A DNA stretch of 64,000 bases from Lama glama (GCA_028534125.1 CM052816.1:28832001-28896000), one strand, 5' to 3'; shown: positions 1 to 13,330, counted from the stretch's first letter. Notes: a model not told the origin generated them from the sequence alone. A program made the numbers and translations.

Positions 1-900
1 CTATCCAGGGCTTGAGGGATGTCCTCGTGTGGAAGTTCCCCTATAGTCTGCATTTTTCCTGTGGCTTTGTTGGGAAAACTGCATCTAAAGTCAGCACAAG
101 TCATGTCTTTCTCCAGGGTAGACTGGCAGCTATCCCCTTGGTGGGGATGGAGTTGGAGGGGCTAGAGCCAGAGAAAAGTTTGAGATGGGGCTTCTCCTCT
201 CCTCAGTAGCCAACATCACCCAATTGGGGGTGGGGTGGGTCTCAAGTTGCAGAAGCCATGAGGGTTGAGTTTGAGCTGGTTTGAGTTCCATACACGTGCT
301 CATTGGTACCTTTACCCCATAAGGAAACAGTGCTGGAGGAAGAGGGGCAAGAACAGGCGCTTGGCGTGGGTTGAGGCACAGGCTGGCATGGTCCTGGAAC
401 TAGCTAGAGTTATGAAGTACTCCTGATCTACCACGTTCACAAGTGCCAGTACTGGCTGTTCTCACCCTGTTCACTGGTCATGCCAGGTCTGAGCCATTTA
501 TGTCTACACAACTGCATACTCTCCTTGGTGGCAACAGCCTTTGCCCTAATAGGAAGCTGTGCCATAGAGTAAGAGGGGCCCGAATGGGTGCTCTAGGTGG
601 TCCGGGTCACATGCTGGGATTGTCCTAGCACCAGACCAGTCAGAGGTCCAGTACCACTCCAGATCTGCCACCCCTGTGAACACCAGTACTGGATATCCCT
701 GCCCCTTTCACATGCCATGCTAGGTCCAAGCTAGCTTAGTCCCCCATGAGTGTGCATTCTCCTTGGCTGTGGCAGCCTCCACCTACAGGGGAATCAGAGG
801 GGCCAGACTGGGCATTCATCTCATCAGAGTGGGCGCAAGCTGGGGCAGTCACAGGAAATGGGCCAGAATCATGGGCAGTTCCAATCTGCTTCCTCCATCT
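1..900 (-). mobile_element. Probable degenerate 5' UTR region of an old L1, antisense
   Basis: GC-richer block with internal degenerate repeats (ccagtactgg...catgc[c/t]aggtc at about 446 and 683). It resembles antisense L1M 5' UTR sequence as I remember it. Confidence 0.45.
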
Positions 901-934
901 TGCTTCAGGAGTAAGCAATGTTCCTATTTATTTG

Positions 935-1095
935 GCTTGGCTATCACTTAGCAGGCAACTCAAAATCCCTTGGCCTCAACTTCTCTGTATGTAGAGTAAG
1001 GATGCTTTCCTTAGAAGATAATGTGAAGAGTAGAGCTATGAATAAAGCACACAGAGTATCATCTTCTACATAATAGATGCTCAATAAACAGTAAA
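935..1095 (+). mobile_element. MIR SINE relic
   Basis: gcctcaacttctctgtatgtag...gatgctcaataaa follows the MIR core and 3' end. Confidence 0.6.
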
Positions 1096-2243
1096 TTTGA
1101 CCACTAATGTTTATTGCATCACTTGCCTAAAGTCATTCAGCCATTAAGTAACAAATGGATTTACACTCTCAGTCTCCTTCAACAGCACTGACTAATCCTC
1201 ATTATCAATAGAATCAAAGTAACTAGAGGCAAAACATTTAAAAACATTCCAGGAGAAGAGTTTCCACTATCTCCATAAGTGATTTTCCAAGTGCTCCTGA
1301 ATAATATTTGACCCTTTCTTCACAAGGGTATTGAAGAGAGACAGGGAGACCAGGTACCACTCTCTTCAAGCATGATCTTTGATGCCAAATATAGAAACTG
1401 GAATTTCCACTTTAGAAGGTTTCTAGTAGTAGGTTTTATGCTACAAGGGATATTTTATAGGCCTGAAACTGGCAAATTCTTCAATAGGGGTGAGTAATAT
1501 TCAATTTCATGACTTTGACTTTTATATTTGATTATAAGCTGCTACCAGAAATCCTTATTTCAGTAAATTATTAAAATTTAAGAAATATTCTTATTCTTAA
1601 GTGAGTATAAATATATTAATAGCTTTTACTGATATTACCAGTTCAGTATTCTAAAAGGACCTACTTCCTTTTAACAAATGGAAAAGATACAGAAATCCTA
1701 CTGAGCATAGCCACACATGCATTTAGTTAGAATTGCTACAATTTGGGAGAAAACTAATTTCCTTCCAGTTAATCATCAGTGTTACCTTGATTTAATTATG
1801 TCCTACCATTGATACCATTTTGACTTTTGAAAATTATGAATTTCTGTTACAGGAATCTCATTAGTATAAAAGCTTATTTGTTTGTCAGTGTCCTATAGAT
1901 GTATATTGGCATCAAGAATATTTTTCTAAAATTTCCTAACAACTAGACTTCAAGACACTTATGTACTTAGGTTTGAGAAGTTATTCTTAGCACTGTCACT
2001 GAGGCAAAGATATATGTAATCCTCCCAGCCTTCTAAATTCTATTATACAATTGTATTTCATTATGGATGTGCTGTCTGTGAATTAGGGCTGTTTAAATAA
2101 ATTATAATTTACTTTTGAATTAAATATAATGATATTAACTTTTTTAGATTTTGGAATATAAAATAATGTGTATAAGATCATATTATTCTGTTTTAAAGTA
2201 AATAATAGGAGATCGATATTGCCTGACAGCAACATGCTTGCTG

Positions 2244-2362
2244 AAATATACTAGTACTAGTATATTTATAGTATACTAGTATACTATATATATATACTAT
2301 ATATACTAGTATACTAGTATATATTACTAGTATAGTATTACTATACTAGTAATATACTAGTA
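2244..2362. repeat. AT-rich palindromic low-complexity tract built from tatactag units
   Basis: Four perfect inverted repeats: 2244-2267, 2267-2288, 2299-2324 and 2320-2356. Confidence 0.95.
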
Positions 2363-2423
2363 AGGTTTTAGTAATACTGTGATAATGTAGAGTTCCTTCA
2401 CCACCTGGAAGTGGGAAAAAGTA

Positions 2424-2700
2424 TGTATTGGTGTCCTAGTGCCACTGTAACAAAGTACTGCAAACTAGGTGGCTTGAAAGAAGAGAAATGTGTTCCCTCA
2501 TAGTTCTGGAAGGTAAAAGTCCAAAATCAAGGTGTCAGCAGTGTTGATTCATTTTGAGGGCTCTGAGGGAGAATCTATTCCTTACCTCTCTCCCAGCTTC
2601 TGGTGACAGCTGGCAATCCTTTGTGTTTCTTGGCTTATACAAACATCACTCCAATCTCTGCCTCCATCATCACATGGCATTCTCTTTGTCTCTCGTCTTT
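2424..2700 (-). mobile_element. MLT1 (ERVL-MaLR) LTR fragment
   Basis: tgtattggtgtcct...gtaacaaagtactgcaaactaggtggctt...ctcatagttctgga...gtccaaaatcaaggtgtcagca is the antisense MLT1 3' end. Confidence 0.85.
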
Positions 2701-2829
2701 TTTTTCTGAGCTCTTACCAGAACTTCCTCTAGTATCTGTATTTCTACCAATAGTCTTTTTAACCTTTAAGTATAGGGTGTATTGTCAATCTTCATAGCTT
2801 TACATTTTCCTATTATTTCAACATTCCCT

Positions 2830-3758
2830 CAAGTAGGCTGGGGGCCTGCTCAGGTGATCAGGTGCACCTGTGTGATCAGGCTGGTCCCTGCCACAAGTTC
2901 CCCTTCTTGCCCTCCTTTGACTATAACCTAGTAACATTTAAACACACCAGTGAAATTTTATCATGTCATTAGCTTATGTACTCCACACTGATCCCCAATG
3001 AAGACACTTGCCCATGGGTCCTCATTCTCTCTCCTGGCTCCCCACATGGTTGGCTGAATTCACTCTCTTGGCACTTCTTCCATATGGCCCCCTGCATGGC
3101 TTGTCATGTGTTAAGCCTCCCTTTTCTAGGACCTATGTATATAATAAATCCTTTATTTTTATATGCCTTTCCAAAGGCAATTTTGTAATAGGGAAGTATA
3201 AGTCTGATTCCATATTAGATCTGTTCCTTTGGTTCCAACCTTGTGGTCTGTTTCCTGTGCTTAGTCAAAGAGATTCTGCACCTTTGTAAAAGAATGTTGC
3301 CCACAGCCTGAAATATAAAGGACAGCCCATTCTCAAGGGTCTGATCTTTAAGGGTATAACACTTCTCCATTCATAAAGAGACCAAAAGTTGCCGAACAGA
3401 GAATAACATTTGTCTTGCTGGAGGTTTACAGGAGCATCATGACCTGACCTATGTGGACAGCTGCAAGAATAAAGGATTCCAACACCAAGAAGTTGGTAAC
3501 AATCAACTACACTTCCTCCCTTTTAGTATAAAAAAAGCCTAAATTCTGACTTGTTTAAGACGGTTCTCCAGGACATTTGTCCCTCATCTTCTTGGTCTGC
3601 TGGTTTCCCGAATAAAGTCATTATTCCTTGTCTCAACATCTCATCTCCTGATTTACTGCCAAGCAGAATGAGTTTGGATGGGGGTCACAATTTCTGTGGC
3701 CATGCTGGAGTGATCCTTAAAGACCCCACCAGGAGGACTTACTCTCCCATTTACAACA
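2830..3758 (+). mobile_element. Older LTR, family unresolved, interrupted by an ERV1 solo LTR
   Basis: LTR-like segment with AATAAA at about 3143. It resumes after 3693 and ends ...tttacaaca at 3758. Confidence 0.55.
3184..3689 (+). mobile_element. ERV1-class solo LTR (MER41-like)
   Basis: TG...CA termini, 4-bp TSD attt (3180-3183 and 3690-3693), TATA-like tataaaa at about 3527, and ggtctgctggtttcccgaataaagtc polyA region typical of MER41-type LTRs. Confidence 0.85.
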
Positions 3759-3764
3759 TACAAA

Positions 3765-3891
3765 GTTATTTATATTTTTCCTATAATGCACCTCAAAATT
3801 CTTCTATCTCCTACCCATTACCCAATTCCAAAACCACTTGACATTTTTAGGTATTTGTAACAGCAGCATCCTATTTCCTGGTACCAAAATC
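3765..3891 (-). mobile_element. 5' start of a MaLR-type internal sequence
   Basis: The reverse complement reads gattttggtaccaggaaataggatgctgctgttacaaatacctaaaaatgt, as in the MLT1-int start. Confidence 0.7.
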
Positions 3892-4294
3892 TATGTCAGT
3901 CAGGGTTTTCCAGAGAAACAGACCTAGTAGGATATATTCAGAAGGAGGAAGGAGGAAGGGAAGGAGATATGGGGAGAGAGGGGAATAAATTAATTTATTT
4001 TAAGGAATTGGCTCAAGCAGTTGTGGGAGACTCAAGCAAGAGTTACAATCGTAGTCTTGAGTCTAAAATCTGTAAAGCAGGCTGGAAAGCTGGCAATTTA
4101 GGTGGGATTTCTACGGTACAGTCTTGAGGCAGAATTCCCTCTTCTCTGGGAAGCCTCAGTTTTTGCTTTTAAGGGCTTCAACATCATCCTATGAGATCCA
4201 TTCACGTTATGGAAGGCAATCTCTTTCACGTCATGTCAGCTGATTGTTAGGCACCATATCCTAGTCAAGCTGGCATATAAAATTAACCACAACA
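3892..4294 (-). mobile_element. MLT2 (ERVL) LTR
   Basis: gtcagggttttccagagaaacaga...ttttaaggaattggctca...cctagtcaagctggcatataaaattaaccacaaca. Confidence 0.85.
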
Positions 4295-5012
4295 GGGTAA
4301 AGTGTAGGCTGTGAGGATTTCGTGGAAAGAACTAAACATTTTGAGAGTCATTTGGTTAGAAGCCTAGAATTTAAATGCAAGTTTCTATAGTGACTGTTTA
4401 CATACTTTTAGTGTATATGTGGTTAATTTGAGTTTCTGTTTGAGAGCTAGAGCAGAATAGACAGAAAAAAAATATAAGGAAGGATTGCACAAATCACAAA
4501 AAAGAGATGAATCAACTGCCTGGGGCAATCATAAAAGAAACTAATTATCTGCATGGACATATGTCATACTTAGCTTAGGACCACACTAACTAATGCTATA
4601 AATAGAAGTCCAATGAGCTATCCATTGCACAACATAGCCCGATACTAATGCTATAAATAGAGTCTAAGTCTGTCCAAAGATAGAGGTGCGAGAGAAAAAA
4701 TGTTTCCAATGTTCCTCTTATAGAATAACCAATGCCTCTGTTTAAGGAGTGGTACAGGGATAAGGCAATGCACTATCAGGAAACAGGATGCTTCACTATG
4801 AAGTGAGGAGGCAGATTAAAAAAAATTTTGGAGAGAAAAACACTGAGCCAAGAAGACCAAGCGAAAAGCCAAAAGAGGATGAACAGACAGGAAGGCAGAA
4901 TCCAGGTAGGGATAAGCAGGTTTAAAGAGAGCCTTTAAAAGACATAGACATCATGCTGTCATTGTATATATATTTGTATATATACAAATATAATAGAATA
5001 ATAATAACAGAA

Positions 5013-5215
5013 ACAATAATGAACATTTATTGAATATTTCTAAATGTTCCTCTTACAAAATCTCTGAGTGATTACTATTATCATCTTTATTATCCATAAG
5101 AGGAAAATGAGGCACAGAGAGGTTAAGGAATTTTCAAAGCTCACAAAGTGAGTAGGTGCCAGGGCTAGGATTCGAACCTAAGCAGTCTGGCTGCAGAGTT
5201 TGTGCTTCCAGCCAT
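5013..5215 (-). mobile_element. MIR SINE
   Basis: gaggaaaatgaggcacagagaggttaag...ggattcgaacctaagcagtctggct. Confidence 0.85.
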
Positions 5216-5576
5216 GAAACCATTTGCTATGCATATACCTATAAGGTGATGCCACCTTCTCTCTTTCTAAGCTGTTACCTGATTTTCTACTTCCTTCATC
5301 TGGCTAATCAATGAGCAGAGAAGGAAGGAGGCTAATTAATTCTAAATTCACAATTCTAACTATTTATAGACTCTGTAAATAGTGAACCAACAAAAAAAGG
5401 GACTAATTCATTTCAGAAGATTAGGCAGCAAAGAGGGCCTTGGGTGTGGGGAAGCTATAACAGAAAGAATATTAAAAAAGACATGCTTTGAACATCTGTA
5501 CATGTGTAGCTCAGCAGGTCTAAAGGGTCAGCAGTCTATGTTAATAAAAAAATCATATACTTACATTATGAATCAC

Positions 5577-7261
5577 CACTTCTATTCAACATAGTGTGAG
5601 AAGTCCTAGCAACAGCAATCCAGCAACAAAAAGAAATAAAAGGGATCCAAAATGGAAAAGAAGAGGCAAAATTGTCACTATATGTAGTTGACATGATACT
5701 ATACACAGAAAACCCTAAAAGCTCTACACAAAAACTACTAGAGCTGATAAAAGAATTGGGTAAGGTAGCAGGATACAAGAATAACATCTAGAAGTCAGCT
5801 GCATTTCTTTACACTAACAATGAAATACCAGAAAAAGAGAGCAAAGAAACAATCCCTTTTAAAATCATAAACCAAAACTATAAAATATTTAGGAATACGT
5901 CTAACCAAGGAGGTGAAAGACTTATACATGGAGAAATACAAAACACTGATTAAGGAAACTAAAGATGACTTAAAGAAATGGAAGTATATCCCATGTTTTT
6001 GGATTGGAAGAATCAATATTGTTAAATGGCAATACTGCCCAAGGCAAACTACAGATATAATGTGATCCCTACCCCATGACATTTTTCACAGAACTATAAC
6101 AAATAATCCTAAAATTTATATGGAATCACAAAGGACCCAGATTTGCCAAAGCAATACTGAAGAAAAAGAACAAAGCTGGAGGAATAACCCTCCTAGACTT
6201 CAGACAATACTACAGAGCTACAGTAATCAAAACAACGTGATATTGGCACAAAAACAGACATATGGATCAATGCAACAGAAGAGAGAGCCCAGAAATAAAC
6301 CCACAGATCTAATTTGGTCAGTTAATCTTCAACAAAAAGGCAAGAATATACAATGGAGAAAAGACAGTCTCTCCAGCAAGTGGTGTTGGGAAAACTGGAA
6401 AGCCACATGTAAATTAATGAAATTAGAACACTCCCTCACACCATACACAAAAATAAATTCAAAATAGCTTAAAGACTTGAATAGAAGATAAGACATTATA
6501 AACCTCCTAGAAGAAAACATAGACAAAACATTCTCGACATAAATCTTGGCAATGTTCTCCTAGGGCAGTCTACCCAGGCAACAGAAATAAAAGCAAAAAT
6601 TAACAAATGGGACCTAATTAAACTTATAAGCTTTTCCACAGCAAAGGTACCCATAAGCAAAACAAAATGACAACCTACAAAATGGGAGAAAATATTTGGA
6701 AATGATGTGACTGACAAGGGCTTAATTTCCAGAATATATCAACAGCTTATACAACTTAATAACAAAAAAAACAAACAACTTAATCCAAAAATGGACAGAA
6801 AACCCAAGTAAGCAATTCTCCAGTGAAGACACACAAATGGTCAATAGGCACATGAAAAAATGCTCAATACCGCTAATTATCCAAGAAATGCAAATCAAAA
6901 CCACAATGAGGTATCACCCCACACCAGTCAGAATGGCCATTATTTAAAAGTCCACAAATGATAAATGCTGTAGAGGGTGTGGAGAAAAGGGAACCCTCCT
7001 ACACTGCTGGTGGGAATGTAGTTTCGTGCAGCCATTATAGAAACAAGTATGGAGATTCCTCAAAAGACTAAAAATAGACTTACCATAGGATCCAGCAATC
7101 CCACTCCTGGGCATGTATCTGGAGGAAACTCTAATTTGAAAAGATACATGCACCCCAGTATTCATAGCAGCACTATACAAAATAGTCAAGACATGGAAAA
7201 GCAACTTAAATGTCCACTCACAGATGACTGGATAAAGAAGCTGTGGTACATACATATACAT

Positions 7262-7294
<33 letters not shown>

Positions 7295-7782
7295 CTAATC
7301 AACAATAAAAAATGATAAAATAATGCTATTTGCAGCAACATGGGTGGACCTGGAGAGCATCATTTTAAGTGAAGTAAGCCAGAAAGAGAAAGAAAAATAC
7401 CATATGGCATCACTCATATGTGGAATCTAAAAAAAAAAAGAAAAGAAAGAAAAAAGAGGGCACTAATGAATTCATCTAACAAAACAGTAACAGACTTGCA
7501 GACATAGTAAATAATCTTATGCTACCAGGGGAAAGAGGGTGGGAAGGGATAAATTTGGGAGTTTGAGATTTGCAAATGTTATATATAAATGTTATATATA
7601 AAAATAGACAAAAAATAAATTTCTTCTGTATAGCACAGAGAACTATATTCAGTATCTTATAATAACCTTTAATGAAAAAGAATATGAAAATGAATATATG
7701 TATATACGCATGACTGGGACATTATACTGTACATCAGAAATTGACACATTATAACTGACTATACTTCAATAATAATAAAAAA
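5577..7782 (+). mobile_element. 5'-truncated LINE-1 (3' part of ORF2 with stops and frameshifts, 3' UTR, A-tail)
   Basis: ORF2 peptides such as [37 protein letters not shown]. Candidate TSD gaatcac at 5570-5576 and 7783-7789. Internal (CA)n near 7262-7284. Confidence 0.97.
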
Positions 7783-9121
7783 GAATCACTGTAGTAATTC
7801 AGTAATGTTGGGGGAAAAAAAGAGAACAATGAAAAACTAAGAATAACTTTAAAGGGTTGGGGTAGGGATTATAGATACCAACAGTAATCAGCAAACATGA
7901 CCCCAGGAACCAACTGTTAAACATTTACCAGCATATCACTACTCTGAGTCCTGTAATCTTATATCTATGACATGCTGTTTCCTAATATTATGTCTCTGCA
8001 ACATAAACTCTTTGAAAGCAAATTCCTTAAGTGCTTTTGTGTACCCTGCAGAACCAGGAACAGGTTCCTCAAATACGTGATTGTTTAATACTTTAAGTAA
8101 GGCTAGGGGTAGTACTTAATTCCTAAGGAAGAAACAGAAGTCTACTATTAGCTTAATTAGTTACCATCAGGAAACTATCTTTTGGTTTCTAGTAAGTAAC
8201 ATGAATACTAAAGCCTCAAAATATCCTTATATATGCTTTATATATGAGAATAATTTTTGTCAGATAATTTTAGATGATCCAATGTGAAGACACTGTCGGT
8301 AGTAATAATTGCAAAAGAAATACATAAAAGAATGAAAGTATACTGATTTGTTGCATGGTAAATACATGTCTAGTAGACTGTGGAAAATTGTCATGGAAAA
8401 TGCAGGGCCTATCTTCCCAGCATGAGCTCCCTCTCAAGTCACAGAAATGGAATTACCAACTTGTTTCAAGTAGAAAATGAAAACATACAACGGAATGTGG
8501 TCGGGGGAAGACAGTCAAGTTCCAATTAATTTGCTAAAAGAAATCCCTGGAAATAACTGTTTCAGTATTTGCATGATAAAGTGGATAGCAAAACACAATG
8601 CATTCTCAAATATGATAACATCATTTCTAAACTGTTTCATACAATTTTGAAAACAGTACAAGTTGAAGGAAAACTGATATACCCAGGGCCGAGAACCATT
8701 CACAGAAGAAAGAGTACAGAGAATCATTTACAGTTCATTTTGATGGGAGTTTAGCCAAGCAATGAAAAAGATGGTTAAGACACTGGAGGAATCTTCATCT
8801 GATTTAAAAAGAAATTTTAAAATTGATTGTTAGGCAAAATGTTCCTACTATGTCTCTTTAAGCTTGTGATTAGGAAATATATCTTGTGATTTAAAACTTA
8901 CCTCCAACAATCTGAAAAAAATTGTGGTGAACAAGTCTCCCGGGGAAAAGGTTTAATTAAAAAGCTTTGGCATGACTCCTATCTCCCTCCGTTCTACTTC
9001 TATGATTAATCAATACACGTAAGCTTCAATTAAGGCCGTAATTGTATACTGTATACTGAAATGGATTTAACATTTTCTTCTCATTTCCACCTCCACACAC
9101 TGAGACTTGTAATTTTAGAAA

Positions 9122-9415
9122 TGTGAAAATAAGGGAAACCTCATTTAAAATGGAGTTGGGAAGCTCCAAATGGGGTGCTCTCATGCCCGAACAACTTAGC
9201 ACAGCCTACAGACTCCATCAGGAAGAAAGATTTCCTCCTGAACCGTTAGTAACAAGCTGCCCACCACTAGCAGTGAATGAAGAACCACCACAGGTGTGAG
9301 ACTTGCCTTTGGTTCACCACAGTTTGCATGGCCCTCATTGCGGTTCCTCTGCTTTTCTAAAATAAACTCTTTTTGCTGGTAAAATAACTGGCTGTTTCGT
9401 TTTTTAAGGTCAACA
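9122..9415 (+). mobile_element. ERV1-class solo LTR (MER34/MER39-like)
   Basis: tgtgaaaataagggaaacctcatttaaaatggagt...aataaactc...ttaaggtcaaca, TG...CA termini, imperfect 4-bp TSD gaaa/gaac. Confidence 0.75.
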
Positions 9416-9497
9416 GAACTTAGGCCAAATTGAACACTTGACATAATAAAATTTATGGCTTTACATAAAGCATTGTCTCTTCTTTACAAAAAGGAAT

Positions 9498-9502
<5 letters not shown>

Positions 9503-9552
<50 letters not shown>
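9503..9552. repeat. (TG)25 microsatellite
   Basis: Perfect dinucleotide run. Confidence 0.98.
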
Positions 9553-9555
<3 letters not shown>

Positions 9556-10344
9556 GCGATACTAAAATTAAGAGTCAAAGAGTCATTCTACCTAAAAAAT
9601 TCTTTTCACATGCTTTGAAGATGCCTGTGTAATGTTTATAGGAGGTAAGACTTCTTTTTCATCTTAACATAAAAGAAAATTTTTTAATCTTAAAAAAGTT
9701 TATCTGCTGCCTTTGAATTTAGGTAGCATGGAAAAGAGATTCATTTTGAGCTCATAAAAATTTTTTTCAACCTTTACTCAGACATCTCCAAATCAGTATT
9801 TTTAGAATTGAAAGTAAGCACATACAATGAAAAATGTAATCATTTTCAAACCAGAAATAATTTATTTTTGAAATAAAATTTTCTTTACAAAGGTCAAATA
9901 TTTATTGTGGAATTCAATATTCTTTTCCTCAATGATTTGGGCCCACTTCAAAGTGGGATTCTGAAAAAATGATATTAACACAATGTGGTCATCTGTATTT
10001 CTGTTTCTACATATTCTGTTTCTAAATCATGGCAGCCCCAAGACGTGGCTTTAGGAGATTTTAGCATACCACCATATCCCTCCACCCTCAAACACACAAA
10101 TCTTCTAGAAGGAAGAAAAATGGCTTATTGTGCAAATAAAGTCTCTAGGTAAGTTCTCTAGTTGTCCCGTTACACTCCTCTACCTAAAATTTAGCCAGAT
10201 GCCTACCCTGAAAACCTTACAGAGAAGTCCTATAGTTTGACTTTACAGCTTTTCAAATTGACAGATTTTTTTTAAACACAGGGAAGGCTAGAACATACTG
10301 TGAAATTAGAGATCCTTAATACTGTACATAAGACAAAGTACTAT

Positions 10345-10900
10345 CTTTGTATAGTGACAGATGTTAACTAGAATTATTGTGGTGATCATTTTGTAATGTA
10401 TAGAAATATCAAATCATTATGTTGTGTACCAGAAAGTAACATAGTGTTATAGGCCAATTACACTTCAAAACAAAAAAACTCACAGAAAAAGTGATCAGAT
10501 TCATGGTTATGAGAGGCGATGGATGGGAGGTTGGGGGTGGTGGTAATGGGAAGTGGAGGAAGGTGGTTAAAAGCTACAAAATTCAGGTTATAAGATAAAT
10601 AAGTACTAGTGATGCAATATACAAACTGATTAACATAATTAACACTGCTGTATATTACACATGAAAGTTGTTAAGAGAGTAAATCGTAAGAGTTCTCATT
10701 ACAAGGAAATAAATTTTTTTTTCCTTTTTATTTCGTATCTATATGAGACGATGGATGCTCAACTAAACTTATTGTGGTAATCATTTCATGACTGATGTAA
10801 ATCAAATCATTGTGCTGTGTACCTTAAACTTATACAGTGCTATATGTCAATTATATCTCAATAAAATGGGAAGAAAAAATAAATAATTTTAAAAATTAAA
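10345..10900 (+). mobile_element. L1 3' UTR fragment (L1MA9-derived type) with duplicated terminal segment
   Basis: The motif gatgttaacta...ttattgtggtgatcattt...aaatcatt...caatta recurs at about 10360 and 10755, followed by an A-rich tail. Confidence 0.8.
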
Positions 10901-12439
10901 AGGTTCTATGTTGACAGAATGTGTGTGTATATCTGTTAATAGTGTTAATATTTATATTTTAATTAAAAAATGGTAAGATGATATTTTTGAATGTTTTTCC
11001 TTGACAAAATAAAGCGTGGCAACTCCAAAAAATACAAGAATTTAGGAATCACTTTCCGAAACCACTGAGTTTTCATTCTGCACACTTTTCTCTTCAAAAA
11101 GGATCAGTAAAAAAATTGTCTTTTACACTGTGTCTGTGAAAGTTTTCTAATGATACGCATTTAGCTATTTTGCTATTAATAAGTATCAAATTGCTCCTAG
11201 GGGATGGGAAAATTACTGCAGAAAAAGCTGACTTGACTGATATCTTGGGTTTACTTGAGATGTTATAACCAAGCAGAAAACTGTGTCATCATCAATTCTC
11301 TCCCCCAAATTCACCCTTTCTTCTCTTGCCTAAGCTGACTTGGAGTCCACAGTCCAAGATCTGTTTCACGTTTACTGAGAACACACACTTCCCTATCTAC
11401 ACATTTTTGACCTCATGATGTCATGGGTGTAATCAGCTCTGTTGTTGGAGAAAGAGGGTGCTAAACATGTGGGAACTAAAAACAACTTGAGGATAGATTA
11501 TCTTTTATGGATATAAACGGGAGCTGAAAGATGTGAAAACTAAGGCTTAACAATAGAACTGGGCTTAAGCAGAAGAGAGGAATACAAAATGTTCTTTGAC
11601 TAACCCACATGTCATCTATAAAGAAAGCCAACCAATGCCCTATCAGAACTGCCACTGTGCCCAATTTTTCCACAGGAGACTCAGGTATCCTTACCATGGA
11701 AAAAAGTACAATCAGTAACATGCTCATGTCTTTTCAATTCTATTTTCTGTTCAGAGAGGCACAAGGTAAAGTTCCACATTAGAAAGTTCACTTAGAAAAA
11801 TTCCAACTGTGTAAAATGGTCAGTCTCCTTATTAGGGTACCCCAACTTTTGGAAGGATTCTGGTGGAGCCCACTCCCTTGGATTCAGGTAGGAGAGAGAA
11901 TAGCTCTCTCTAGGAATGCTATACTCCACCAAAGACCAAGAACTCCCAATTTTTCCTCAATCCTCTTCTTAAGTTGACTGTGGAATTTAGTTCCCAGAGA
12001 GCCCTTCATGGAAATAAATGTGCGGTATTTAGAGCATTTGTCTTCAGCTTTGGGTGTTGACCAACACTTGAAGAAAAGAGAAAAAAATGCCTGATATCTT
12101 ATTACATTATATGAAAACTTGGCAGGTAATATATCAGATATTACAAATGAAAGGTTCAATGTGGGTCAAACAGCCTTGGGTACAAGCTAAAAAGTGCAGG
12201 AGCAGATGAGTGCAGCCACAGCTGCTTCGTTATGCAAACCATCTACTCTTCTGTATACTGTAGAAGACACTGAAAGCTACCTGTGTTGATAAAAAGTTAG
12301 CACGTCTTCTTGATTTTCTCTTTTATAGACCCAAGATGCTAAGAACAAAGAACTTCATGTTCAGGCTAGAATACAACTAAATCCAAAATAATGAAACTTA
12401 AATATTTTATTTCATGTCTTTTTGCTGCCTCCCCCTTTT

Positions 12440-12950
12440 TTCTCCTGATCTCCAAATGCTGAAGTGACCTAGGATATCTTCAGCATCTTTCTCTTTTCCA
12501 TCTCTACTCTTTGCCTAGGAAATATCTTGATCCTTGAATAAATTGGTTATTCTCAAAATTACACTCTTATTTATAATCTCAAATTTAATCAGTTTAGGAA
12601 TCTTGATCACTCTAATTCATAAGGACTCCCTCACAAATGTTAAGATCATCTATGAATTTGCCTAGACCAAAAACTTAGAAGTCATCTCTGATTCCTCTCA
12701 TTTCTTCACTCTCACATGTACTCTATTAGCAAATATCAAAAGCTTTATTCACAAATACATTCCAATAATTTTTTGCTAAGATTACTGGGAGATGGTCACT
12801 GAGGGATATTTAAGATAAAATCTGAATGATCAGGAAAGGCCTGTCATGCTAAATCTTGATGGAAAGTGTAGCATAAGACGAGAAACCATTAAAGGGATTT
12901 AAACAGAATAGTCACATGGTCTGATTTGTGTTTTTAAAAGATCATTTGGT
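12440..12950. mobile_element. L2 relics in both orientations
   Basis: ccaaaaacttagaagtcatctctgattcctctc on +, and gtcacatggtctgatttgtgtttttaaaagatca on -. Confidence 0.6.
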
Positions 12951-13330
12951 TTCCAATAGTAAATCCTCAAGTGCTGAGGTATCAAGTATTAGTTTATCTC
13001 TCCTCATGACTATGCTTATTTCCCAAGAGCAATGCTAATTTGTGAATTTTGTGGCTTTAGCATGCGCTTGTGACCCATAATTTAGGAGACAGTCTAGGAA
13101 TCTTTAGTGCTGGTCCTAGATGATGGAAACTTGGAAGTCAGCTTTCATACTGAGCTGTGACCAAGAACTACAAATGCCCTGAACTGTGAAAGGAACGGGT
13201 CTTATTATACCATAAACCCACTGATGTGTTTCTTCCTCCTAAAGCACAGATTATTTTATAGTTCTGCTATCAGACCATGGATATCAGTTTATTCTAAGTA
13301 ATAATTTACCTTAAACTAGAGTTTCTTGAG

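Noticed and set aside
1..900. Possible promoter or CpG island with ORFs
   Set aside because: GC-rich but CpG-depleted, and better explained as a decayed retroelement 5' region.
5566..7315. Cluster of ORFs on both strands
   Set aside because: Fragments of disrupted L1 ORF2 and their antisense frames, not host genes.
10345..10900. Duplicated L1 3' terminal segment as a local rearrangement
   Set aside because: As I recall, this duplicated 3' UTR is a family feature of some laurasiatherian L1s and not a locus-specific event.
11884..12159. 91-aa minus-strand ORF with an internal acceptor-like site
   Set aside because: No recognisable homology and no partner exons.
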